Position numbers and translations under genes: made by a program | Shown: positions 20,486 to 29,542 of the stretch, one piece after another | How positions within the stretch are numbered: the first letter of the stretch is position 1 | Layout of the letters: the number at the start of each line of letters is the position of its first letter | Origin: Nitrosopumilus sp. | GTDB lineage: Archaea > Thermoproteota > Nitrososphaeria > Nitrososphaerales > Nitrosopumilaceae | Assembly (NCBI GenBank): GCA_965205425.1 | Contig: CBDBGZ010000004.1 | Location: forward strand, 96,001-160,000 | Direction: 5' to 3' | Length of the DNA: 64,000 nt | The notes under the pieces: generated by a model | The model's database searches: none | What the model saw: the letters and a program-made list of their open reading frames with translations, nothing else | Told to the model about the DNA's origin: nothing

Positions 20486-21052
20486 GTGCCATCCATAATT
20501 AATTTTTATAATGCCCCAAATCTAGGATTTTCATTGAAAGTTTTGATATTGTCTGTCTTATTTTTTGTCATAATACCAAGTGCCGGCTTTGCACATTCTC
20601 AAAGTGATGAAATTCCAAATTGGATCAAAGGCGTTGCGGGATTTTGGGCAGAGGATAAAATAACAGATTTAGAATTTATTGAAGCGTTAGAATTTATGAT
20701 TGAATCAAAAATAATACAAGTTAATGATGCCATGGTTGCGGAATTAGAAAAAGAAAACAACAAACTAATGCAAAAAATAGAATCTTTAGAATCTGAAAAA
20801 TCACAGCATACATCAGTAAAACCAACACAAGAAATCAATGAAATACCAGATACAACAGAATCAGATACAAACAAAGAGTACTATGCAACGGGAGAATTGG
20901 AAAAGGAAACTCAATACTATGAAGATGGCCAGAGAAAATGGCATAAGTACTATTTTAAAAGTGGAGAATTAAAAAGTGAAAAACAATACGATGAAAATGG
21001 AGAACGTGTAAGTGAAATAAGATATGATGAAGATGGAAACCAAATTAATTAA
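20486..21052 (+). CDS. Secreted protein with thaumarchaeal PxWIK-W domain, coiled coil and MORN-variant (YwqK-like) repeats
   Basis: IPNWIKGVAGFWAE; YYATG, YYEDG, YFKSG and YDENG repeats; true start probably near 20535. Confidence 0.78.
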   Translation: MPSIINFYNAPNLGFSLKVLILSVLFFVIIPSAGFAHSQSDEIPNWIKGVAGFWAEDKITDLEFIEALEFMIESKIIQVNDAMVAELEKENNKLMQKIESLESEKSQHTSVKPTQEINEIPDTTESDTNKEYYATGELEKETQYYEDGQRKWHKYYFKSGELKSEKQYDENGERVSEIRYDEDGNQIN

Positions 21053-21179
21053 TGAATATTTTAAAGGAATTGTCATAAGGCAAATATCTAGAAAACCATG
21101 TGGCTATTTATCGTCAACTTCTTAGCACCCATAAAGATAACATAAATATTGTAAATATCAATCATGAGAAGTATCTGCG

Positions 21180-21285
21180 GTTCCCAACATGGCTAGTTTA
21201 TCTAACTAATTCTATCTTTTCTTCCATTCGATATACTGCGGAGCGAATGTTCCCAACATGGCTAGTTTATCTAACTAATTCTATC
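21180..21285. CRISPR. Candidate orphan mini-array: two identical 37-bp repeats and one 32-bp spacer
   Basis: GTTCCCAACATGGCTAGTTTATCTAACTAATTCTATC at 21180-21216 and 21249-21285; internal TAGTT/AACTA hairpin; no cas genes in the window. Confidence 0.4.
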
Positions 21286-21322
21286 AAACAAAGATGTAAT
21301 TCAAAAATATTTCCAACATCTC

Positions 21323-21492
21323 ATGAATAGGAACAAAAAAAATACAACAAATCATTAGTCAAACGTAAATGAATCAGCATATTTTGCAATTTAGAAGTAT
21401 GCAAACAAACCCAATATTCAGATGAATGTAAAATTAGGAAAGGCTTCATCGTTGCAATAGATAGTTCAAGAGTCAAAGTTGCAAATAGGAGA
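21323..21492 (+). pseudogene. Decayed, internally deleted IS5-family (IS903-like) transposase remnant
   Basis: Broken frames encode YNKSLVKR and IVAIDSSRVKVANR. Confidence 0.65.
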
Positions 21493-21800
21493 AAAACAAT
21501 ATTTACAAATTGTGCAAAAATATCATCATCTAATCCCTTGATGAAATTTTACAAAATCAAGGCTAGGCGTTAAACCCCCCTTGAAAATTAGTATGTTTAG
21601 TCACATTGTGAAATTTTCAAAAACAAGCGTTTTGGTAGGGGGTTGAACACTTGTGCCTACATACAAGATGCAACGTTAATTCCACCCCGCTCTCCCAGCT
21701 AAACATACCCAAACTATTAGTGTCGTGCGTAAAAGCTCAACCCTTAATTTTTGTGTAAAAACTAGAAAAAATAAAGAAAAAAGGATGTAAGTTTTAGAAC

Positions 21801-21898
21801 TTAAATTCCGCCAGTAGGTGGAACAGAACCGCCACCAGATAATGGACCAATACATACTGCTTGAAGTTCACCATCCACTACTGCAGGGTTTAGATCAA
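21801..21898 (-). pseudogene. C-terminal fragment of a gene cut by IS1595 copy 2
   Basis: DLNPAVVDGELQAVCIGPLSGGGSVPPTGGI* abuts the IS end and is followed by a T-rich terminator-like tract. Confidence 0.55.
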
Positions 21899-22808
21899 GG
21901 TGATTGTAAACCTATTACCACCAACTATTTTTGAGTAATTATTGGAAAAAACAATCAACATAATTGAGTTATCTAAAATAATTCACAACAAATCAACTGC
22001 ATTGGAATTTCTCTGCAACCAATTCAAAAAGAAAAACACAATTCATTGTTCATCATGTAACTCTGAGAATTACTATATTATTTCAAGAGGGAAACTAAGA
22101 TGCAAAGATTGCAAGACAGATTATAGACCGTTTGCTGGAACATGGTTTGATATCATCAACATTAATTTTACAAAATGGTTGGCCCTAGTCAAACTATTTG
22201 ATATTGGGATTAGTGCAAGACATGCAGCTAGAGAAGCAGATGTCAGTTATCCAACTTGCACTAAATGCTTTTGATTGCATCAGATATGCCATACTGTATC
22301 ATCTAGCAGAATCAGACAAGAAACTAAAAGGGAAAATTGAGGCTGACGAGGCGACTATTTTGGAGGAAAAAGAAAGGGAAATCGTGGCAGAGGTGCCAAG
22401 AACAAGACCATCGTATTTGGCATACTGGAAAGAAAGGGAAAAGTTCACGTTGAGATTGTAAACAATGTCAAGGCAAAGACATTGCTTGCAGGAACAATCA
22501 AGAAAGTAAAGAAAGGAAGCATTGTGTATACGGACAAGAGGAGAGGATATGATTCGCTAGTTTTCAACGCCTACAAACATCTCTCAGTTGATCACAGCAA
22601 GATGTTTGGGAGTGGTGATGTGTACATAAATGGAATAGAAAGGTTTTGGAGTTTTGCAAAAGAGAACATGGCAAAGCATCATGGTGTAAGTCCAGATAAA
22701 TTCTTGTTGTACATCAAAGAGATGGAATGGAGATATAATAACAGAGATGGAAGATACTTTCTCATTATTGTTAGATTATGTGTTGGTGGTGAATAATTGA
22801 TAATCACC
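21899..22808 (+). mobile_element. IS1595-family element copy 2 (910 bp), transposase split into 21942-22274, 22198-22461 and 22482-22796
   Basis: ggtgattg...taatcacc ends; DDE motifs; no TSD. Confidence 0.92.
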
Positions 22809-23079
22809 TTATTTTTTTATTTAATTCGGGATATTGGATATTCTGATTCTGATCATTGTAATTACTTTGACCTTTTGAATATGGAGGATTGCCCATTAGA
22901 ACATGCAGATGTGTTCCACGTTGATTTATTATTCTTTCATAGGGTTTCTTGAATTCATCATCATCAATTTTAGTGGCTACCTCTCTATACACCCCGCCCT
23001 TTCTCCACATCGGATTAATCCTCAAAGTGTCAGTGTAAATAATCCTCCGTGCTGTGTTATTTTTGGAAACCTCCGGCAC
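22809..23079 (-). pseudogene. Internal fragment of a Type ISP (LlaGI-like) restriction-modification enzyme
   Basis: IIYTDTL and VLMGNPPYSKGQ...NQNIQYPEL; truncated at the IS1595 end. Confidence 0.75.
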
Positions 23080-23112
23080 CTGACGAATTATCTTTTTAAC
23101 ATGCCTCCATAG

Positions 23113-23442
23113 TTAAACACCAATGGACTCATCTTTGCTTAGTTCTAAAAATACCTTATCTCCAATTGCGATACCCATGTCTTTGTATTCATGCATTTCA
23201 AGTTTTAATTGAGTAACACCACTCTGTATTCCCATGCCACCTCCCATTCCAGACATCATCTTGTTCAAATCATTCATCATGTCATTCATGTTTGAGAATC
23301 CCATGACTTCTGATTTTTCAAAAGGTGATTGCAAGTTTTTAGAACCGTCTTTAAGATCTTTGATGGAGGATAATGCAACTATAACATAGGGCAATCCACC
23401 AGGTGCTGAATCAATGCTTTTTACTACAAATTCTTTCTTCAT
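23113..23442 (-). CDS. Hypothetical protein
   Basis: Clean ORF with a Met/Gly-rich linker. Confidence 0.8.
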   Translation of the reverse strand: MKKEFVVKSIDSAPGGLPYVIVALSSIKDLKDGSKNLQSPFEKSEVMGFSNMNDMMNDLNKMMSGMGGGMGIQSGVTQLKLEMHEYKDMGIAIGDKVFLELSKDESIGV

Positions 23443-23509
23443 CTATGTAATGACTAATTTTTGTCATATAATTTTATTTATTTCAGAGGCTTTTATCTCA
23501 TCCCAGAAC

Positions 23510-24460
23510 CTAATTTCCACATTGCTGTGTGCAATTTTTCATCGTCTCAAATGGAACTACTCCCCCACAGCCTCCCCAGATAAATTCTTGGCAGGAATTA
23601 GTTGCTTCATCAAAATAATATTTTGGCATGTATGCTTTACACAAACCAGCATCAGGTACTAATCTACAACTATTAGAGGGAATTATCACTTCAACTAGAG
23701 TATATTTCAGAGAAGAGCCATCAGCAGGAGGATATTCTATGTCAGTAACAGTGACACTAAGTTTGTATTCTGTGCCTTCTTGATACTCAAATCCTTCTAT
23801 ATTATCGTAGAACATTTCCCATTCAGAATTTACATCTTCTTTTACCAACATACATTGTTGTGTACCTACACCTACACAGTCAACTAATTGAGAATCTACA
23901 TACAACGTGATTGTTCTAGTAGATGATACAACACAATCACCGCTATGTTTCATTTCCATATGATTGGCTTTGAGTTGACACATGTTACCATAAGATACGC
24001 CATCAATTCCACATATTGGCATGTATTCTAGAGTACATGCTAAAATAGGCAACTCTGTATTCCATCCTCTAGTTTTTAATTTCTCAACAGAATCTAAATT
24101 AATACAAGCTGGAGTTGCATCACGGTTTTTGAACATCAACTCTTTGCCTTCTGCACAAACAATATTTTCAACTGAAATTCCTGCATGTTTTTGTTGTAAT
24201 GGTTTTAGATATTGTTTCGTGACACCATCGATAAGACAGACTTTGCCAGCATAAATTCCAGGGCCACATCTATCATCCAATACACACATTTCCTCTAATG
24301 ATGCAAATCCAGGGGCACACATTCCTTTGTAAGACATGTGATGTTGTCCCACAGTATCACTTGTACTTGAATCCACAGATTCAGCAAATGCAGGAGTTAG
24401 TCCAATAGAGAGAATTAATGGAAGTAATGTAAAAAGAATGATTTTCACAATGGTATTCAA
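23510..24460 (-). CDS. Secreted multidomain protease inhibitor (Cys-rich, Kazal, DUF4377, BPTI/Kunitz)
   Basis: CTLEYMPICGIDGVSYGNMC (Kazal); DCVGVGTQQCMLVK..IEGFEYQEG (DUF4377); CRLVPDAGLCKAYMPKYYFD..CQEFIWGGC (Kunitz). Confidence 0.88.
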   Translation of the reverse strand: MNTIVKIILFTLLPLILSIGLTPAFAESVDSSTSDTVGQHHMSYKGMCAPGFASLEEMCVLDDRCGPGIYAGKVCLIDGVTKQYLKPLQQKHAGISVENIVCAEGKELMFKNRDATPACINLDSVEKLKTRGWNTELPILACTLEYMPICGIDGVSYGNMCQLKANHMEMKHSGDCVVSSTRTITLYVDSQLVDCVGVGTQQCMLVKEDVNSEWEMFYDNIEGFEYQEGTEYKLSVTVTDIEYPPADGSSLKYTLVEVIIPSNSCRLVPDAGLCKAYMPKYYFDEATNSCQEFIWGGCGGVVPFETMKNCTQQCGN

Positions 24461-24791
24461 TTATGATTTAATTTAAAGAATATGCTCACTCGGGCACAGT
24501 ATTCATAAAGGTAGAATAAGCAGAGATGTGTTTAGGAACAAATTGTGCAGGTATGATGGAACAAGTGAGATTGTTTGCAGGATTGTCAATTTCAAGATAA
24601 AATGGAAAGAAGAATTTGTTGTAATTCCATAAAATTAGAAATTAAATGATAGAAAAGTTAGATTTTTGCTTGTAATTGCGCAACTCATCTTCTATAGTCA
24701 TGGATTTAGCCTAAAACAGTGGAGTTTTTGACTATAATTTTTGCATATTATTGCCGTTTCAACTATATACCAAAATAATTGGAGATTAATC

Positions 24792-25277
24792 ATGGGAGGA
24801 ATTGGTCTAGTAATTGTAATTGGGGCGATTATTGGCTCCATGGCACTTGCAATGTTCACGTATACACAATATCAGACAAATTACATTGAATCAAGTGTAG
24901 GAAATCCAGTAATGGTAGGCCCCGTAGAATATGTAATTACATTTGAAGGAACCCATGAAGGGGATAAAGAAACAGTACCTGAAAATACGTTTGTTATGAT
25001 TGGGATTACTGCAAAAAATACCAGTGATGAAAAAACATTACTTTCAGGAGGACAATTTTACCTAGTTGGTGAAAAAGATCAAAAACACAAAGCAGTTTTT
25101 GGTGAGTTTTCTTCTAAAGACCTGTGGATGGAATGGTTAGAGCCAGACAAACCAATTGAGATAACAACACAATTTGATATTCCATTTGATGAAGAAAAAC
25201 AATACAAAATAATTATCCGTCCACAAAAAGAGCAATCAACTGTAGATATAGCTTCAATTTGTCTAACAAATTGCTGA
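24792..25277 (+). CDS. DUF4352-like membrane-anchored protein
   Basis: N-terminal TM and Ig-like FVMIGITAKN..QFYLV..FDIP pattern. Confidence 0.75.
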   Translation: MGGIGLVIVIGAIIGSMALAMFTYTQYQTNYIESSVGNPVMVGPVEYVITFEGTHEGDKETVPENTFVMIGITAKNTSDEKTLLSGGQFYLVGEKDQKHKAVFGEFSSKDLWMEWLEPDKPIEITTQFDIPFDEEKQYKIIIRPQKEQSTVDIASICLTNC

Positions 25278-25378
25278 TCGGAAATTTTAAAAAATAAAAA
25301 AAGTGTCAAATTTTACTATTGTTTGCGTAGTAATGTGTGACTTTTACCATATAACACCTATGATTTTCGGAAACAGTC

Positions 25379-25744
25379 ATGGCAGTATCTAAAGCCAAAA
25401 GAGCCGAAGCAGCTAAGAAAGCAGTAAGAACTCGAAAGAGGAATGCAGCTAAGAAAGCAGCTGAAGCATTAAAAGCAGCAGCAGCTCGTAAGAGAAAGGC
25501 AGCAGCAACTCGAAGGAAGAATGCAGGTAAAAGAGCAGCTCCAAAGAGAAAAACTGCAGCTAAAAGAAAAGCAGCTCCAAAGAGAAAGGCAGCTAAACGC
25601 AAAGCCGCTCCAAAGAGAAAAACTGCAGCTAAGAAAAAAGCAGCTCCAAAGAGAAAGGCAGCAAAAAGAAAAGCAGCACCAAAACGAAAAGCTGCTAAAC
25701 GCAAAGCCGCTCCAAAGAGAAAGGCAGCTAAACGTCGACGTTAA
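25379..25744 (+). CDS. Histone H1-like Lys/Ala/Arg-rich DNA-binding protein
   Basis: Tandem AAPKRK/AAKRK repeats. Confidence 0.85.
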   Translation: MAVSKAKRAEAAKKAVRTRKRNAAKKAAEALKAAAARKRKAAATRRKNAGKRAAPKRKTAAKRKAAPKRKAAKRKAAPKRKTAAKKKAAPKRKAAKRKAAPKRKAAKRKAAPKRKAAKRRR

Positions 25745-25791
25745 GCTGTCTATGCTATCTTTTTTAAATTCGCCCTACTGAATGTATTATA

Positions 25792-25813
25792 TTTCTAAAT
25801 TCGAATTTAGAAA
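25792..25813. repeat. Dispersed 22-bp palindrome copy between convergent genes
   Basis: tttctaaattcgaatttagaaa. Confidence 0.92.
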
Positions 25814-25825
25814 CACTTTAAATGA

Positions 25826-26230
25826 TTACTCTGACATCATTAGTTCAGGCAAAACAAAAACTTTGTTTGGTTTTATTTTTAGAACAACTCTTTTTTCATC
25901 ATCACGTTTGAATGGATAATGATCACATCCCATGTATTGTTGCGTAAGCTTGTCTGCATGTTTGTATTCATAGTCTGGAATTAATTCCTCAACTATTCCA
26001 CGAATTGTGGTCATGTCAAGTGGGTTATCTTTAGAAACTACTGAAATTGCAACTCTAGGATCTCGTAAAACATTTTTATGTTTTATTCTCCCTTCAGCAG
26101 TATTTATCAGGACATATCCATCATTATAATTTGCCCATACTGGAGAAACTTGAGGTGAACCATCTTTCATTACAGTTGCAATGTAAACTAGATTTTTCTC
26201 TGAAAATAGTTTAATGACTTTGTCTTCCAT
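25826..26230 (-). CDS. PPOX-class F420-dependent oxidoreductase
   Basis: ATVMKDGSPQVSPVW and KHKNVLRDPRVAISV motifs. Confidence 0.9.
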   Translation of the reverse strand: MEDKVIKLFSEKNLVYIATVMKDGSPQVSPVWANYNDGYVLINTAEGRIKHKNVLRDPRVAISVVSKDNPLDMTTIRGIVEELIPDYEYKHADKLTQQYMGCDHYPFKRDDEKRVVLKIKPNKVFVLPELMMSE

Positions 26231-26377
26231 TAATTTTCACAATCCAATTTTCGTGATAGTGATTTATCACCAATATTCAAAACCAATGCATTTTGAGAGT
26301 ATTTTTTGCTCATTTTTTGTCCCAATACAAAAATTGAATTGATCGGTTTTAGATGATTAATCATTTCAATACCAATG

Positions 26378-26881
26378 TTACTTTTTACTAGATTTCTCAA
26401 GGACATTTGTCATTGCTCTATTCATTATCTCCATTACAAGATATTGAGAATATTCTTCGGATTTTTTGCCCTTAGATTTACTAGTTTTTGGCGTTAGGCC
26501 CTTGAGGATTTTTTCAATTTTAGTTGATGTGTTGGTGATGATTTTGGAATAGGTAGAATCAAAATCATCAGGAGTTTGGAAATCCAACAATTTTGTAGAT
26601 GTACTATAGAATTTTGTGATGGCTCCACGAGATTCTTCAATTCGGGCAATTTCAATTAATCCAGATCCTTTTAGAATTTCTAAATGATGACGGACAGTAG
26701 TTAGTGCTTTTTTGTATCCAGTCTTTTTCAGAGCTGTAGAAATCTGATCAGCAGATAATGCTTGATGGTATAGAATTTCAACGATTTTTGCTCGTGCAGG
26801 GTCTTCAATTGCACGTGCGTGTCCAATGCTTGTCGTAACAATACGATTAACTTTGATTTGCTTTTCTAATAATGTAGACAT
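26378..26881 (-). CDS. ArsR-like winged-helix transcription regulator
   Basis: DPARAKIVEIL..TTVRHHLEILK..GLIE. Confidence 0.85.
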   Translation of the reverse strand: MSTLLEKQIKVNRIVTTSIGHARAIEDPARAKIVEILYHQALSADQISTALKKTGYKKALTTVRHHLEILKGSGLIEIARIEESRGAITKFYSTSTKLLDFQTPDDFDSTYSKIITNTSTKIEKILKGLTPKTSKSKGKKSEEYSQYLVMEIMNRAMTNVLEKSSKK

Positions 26882-26961
26882 ATAGAATTACCTTTCAAAC
26901 AGATCTAAAAGATCCTTGTATCATATTTTTTTGTCTAATCGCATCAATTTTTGTTTACTTT

Positions 26962-27079
26962 TACAAATATTGTACTGCTACAATATTGATTGATACCAGT
27001 ACAATATCCATTGTAATGGATTCAATATTTTCAATAGCACTACAATGAATATGGTATTGGATGAATAGTTATTGTAGTG
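26962..27079. promoter_or_regulatory. Cluster of TACAAT/ATTGTA inverted boxes upstream of the ArsR-like gene
   Basis: tacaaatattgta (26962), tacaatatccattgta (27000), cactacaat...attgtagtg (27038/27071). Confidence 0.45.
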
Positions 27080-27227
27080 GTTTTAAAATTTTGAAAAAAT
27101 ATCAAAAAAGGCAGATCCTGGAAAAGATGTTGGTAAATCACCTACAAGGACGTTATTTTCCAAAGGGTCAAAAATAAAATTCGAGTTGACAGTTAACTTC
27201 CAGTCAACAATGAATCAACAAATAGAG

Positions 27228-28052
27228 TTACAGAGAATGTCCAGTTAGTTTCTCATATGCAGTAACATAGCGTTCTGTCATTTTTGAAATTATTCCTAGA
27301 GGAATTTTAGGTGCAATAGGTTCTTTTCCCGCATCACGAGCATCATCAAATTGTTTTTGATATCCATTTGCAGTTAACCAATCACGTAAGAGTTGTTTAT
27401 CATAAGCTTCTTGAATTTTTCCTACTTCAAAGGAATCTTTTGGCCATAGTCGATATTCATCAGGACCAATAGAATCACCCAAAGTAATTTTACCATCAAG
27501 TATACCAAATTCTAATTTTAAATCAGCAAGGATAAATCCAACATCATCTACCATCTTGGCCATTTTTTTGTAAATTTCAATTGAAGTTTGATTTAACCAA
27601 TTGTATTGTTCTTCTGTAACCAAATTCATTTCCAATGCTTTTACTTTGTTTATTGGGATATCGTGTTCTGATTTTGTGGTAGGATCAAATATTGGTTCAG
27701 GTAGTTTTGCTGCCAATGTTGTGTCAGTTCCTTCAGGTACTGAAACTTCACCTTTTTTCCATCTACTAACTAGACTTCCATAAAAATAGCCTCGAACTAC
27801 ACACTCTATTGGAAGCATATCCATCTTTTTTACAACAATCTCAGTATCAGATTCTCGTCGGATGAAATGATGTGGTACAGATAATTCATTAAACCAAAAC
27901 TCTGCAAATTTACAAAGAATTTCCCCTTTTCTTGGAATATCTTGTTTAAATTTTACATCATATGCGGAAACCCGGTCAGAAAATTTGAATAAAATACTAG
28001 ATTCATCCACATCATAAAGGTCCTTTACTTTACCACTTGTAAGAAACTTCAA
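27228..28052 (-). CDS. purC: SAICAR synthetase
   Basis: SGKVKDLY, SDRVSAYD and ADLKLEFG motifs. Confidence 0.97.
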   Translation of the reverse strand: MKFLTSGKVKDLYDVDESSILFKFSDRVSAYDVKFKQDIPRKGEILCKFAEFWFNELSVPHHFIRRESDTEIVVKKMDMLPIECVVRGYFYGSLVSRWKKGEVSVPEGTDTTLAAKLPEPIFDPTTKSEHDIPINKVKALEMNLVTEEQYNWLNQTSIEIYKKMAKMVDDVGFILADLKLEFGILDGKITLGDSIGPDEYRLWPKDSFEVGKIQEAYDKQLLRDWLTANGYQKQFDDARDAGKEPIAPKIPLGIISKMTERYVTAYEKLTGHSL

Positions 28053-28097
28053 ACAATTATGCCTGCTTTTGATAGAATTTAACTGCTAGGAGTACAA

Positions 28098-29139
28098 TAT
28101 CTTTTCCGGAAATTATTTCACCCCTTAACTAGGAGAGCATCATTCCCATACTATCGTATGCGTGGGTATCGTGGCATACCTATGGTAAAGTTAGATGAGA
28201 ATAAGATCAGGTGGATTATACAATCTAAAAATGAAAAAGTCAAGAATTTAGATATTTCAGTAATCCTCAAGATAACGCCTAGAAGAGTACAACAAGTCTA
28301 CTCTCAGTACAAAAAAACCAAAAAGATTCCCACACTCAAAAGACCAGGGCGTCCAAAAAAGCCAGTCACTGTACACGAGATAGAGCTAGTCAAACAAGTT
28401 CAAGAAAAATTTCATACAAACGCACTATACCTTGAGAAAATCATATCAAAATTGTACAATACCAAGATAAACCACAATCGCATCCACAAGATTATGCTAG
28501 ATGAAGGATTATCAGTTGAGCAACCACGGAAAAAGATGAGAAGAAAGTGGATCAGGTATGAACGTGAATATTCAAATTCACTGTGGCATACTGACTGGCA
28601 CACAATACATGATTCACGCTGGGCAGGAAAACAACTAATTGCATTTGAAGATGATGCCTCACGATTTATCACGGGTTTCGGAGTGTATGATGAGGCAACA
28701 TCTGTGAATTCTTCTGAAGTACTATCTGATGCAATAAAGAATCACGGTAGACCAGCATCTGTACTATCTGATAATGGAAAACAGTTCACATCAAATGTCA
28801 ATACTCTTGATCATAACAAGCCAGTAGACTTTGAGCAGCAACTAATGAGACATCACGTAAAGCACTCTCGTACAAGAGTGAGACATCCACAAACAAATGG
28901 TAAGCTAGAAAAGTTCTGGGATATCTTTGAGTGTAAAATAGAATACTTTGAGTCAGTGGAGCAGTTTATGCATTGGTACAATCACATTAGAGTTCATGGC
29001 GCACTAGACTTGGATAACATGGAGACACCATCTGATGCGTATCACTCCAAGATGATAACAAACGAAATACTCATAGACCCAAGCATTCTATGGAGGAATT
29101 ACTCATGAAAGTGACACGAAATAATTTCTGGAAAGAACA
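28098..29139 (+). mobile_element. IS481-like element A copy 2 with 15-bp TSD ctgctaggagtacaa
   Basis: TSD at 28083-28097 and 29140-29154. Confidence 0.96.
28158..29108 (+). CDS. IS481-family transposase
   Basis: Same protein as copies 3 and 4. Confidence 0.93.
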   Translation: MRGYRGIPMVKLDENKIRWIIQSKNEKVKNLDISVILKITPRRVQQVYSQYKKTKKIPTLKRPGRPKKPVTVHEIELVKQVQEKFHTNALYLEKIISKLYNTKINHNRIHKIMLDEGLSVEQPRKKMRRKWIRYEREYSNSLWHTDWHTIHDSRWAGKQLIAFEDDASRFITGFGVYDEATSVNSSEVLSDAIKNHGRPASVLSDNGKQFTSNVNTLDHNKPVDFEQQLMRHHVKHSRTRVRHPQTNGKLEKFWDIFECKIEYFESVEQFMHWYNHIRVHGALDLDNMETPSDAYHSKMITNEILIDPSILWRNYS

Positions 29140-29192
29140 CTGCTAGGAGTACAATGAATAAGAGATATAGTAGTTTTAGACATAATTAGATC

Positions 29193-29393
29193 ATGAGTAA
29201 TCTAGATGATTCCATAGGAAAGATACTGCTGGAACTCCAAAAAGATGATCCAGATACATTCCAGAAACTAATGAAAAAGGCCCAGGAAGAGAATCCAGAA
29301 TTATTCGAAGATGGTATTGATGAGGACAATAAGAGAATTGATGAATATAATCGTGAGATAGACGAATATAACAAAAAAGTGGATCAAGATTAG
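29193..29393 (+). CDS. Small acidic hypothetical protein
   Basis: 66-aa D/E/K-rich ORF. Confidence 0.6.
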   Translation: MSNLDDSIGKILLELQKDDPDTFQKLMKKAQEENPELFEDGIDEDNKRIDEYNREIDEYNKKVDQD

Positions 29394-29542
29394 TAACTAT
29401 ATAGATATCATAAAAAACATTATCTACATACTCAATACTCATATTTTCATCAAATCATAATTAAATTATGAAATATCACGAATTTGATTTCATTGAATGT
29501 TATGATGATGACGATTATGACTTTGATGAAGAATAAAAAAAA

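Noticed and set aside
21100..21330. 76-aa ORF with a repeated FPTWLVYLTNSI peptide
   Set aside because: Probably incidental: the 69-bp period is a multiple of three and the peptide has no recognisable features
25306..25704. Hydrophobic 132-aa antisense ORF
   Set aside because: Shadow of the AAPKRK repeat gene
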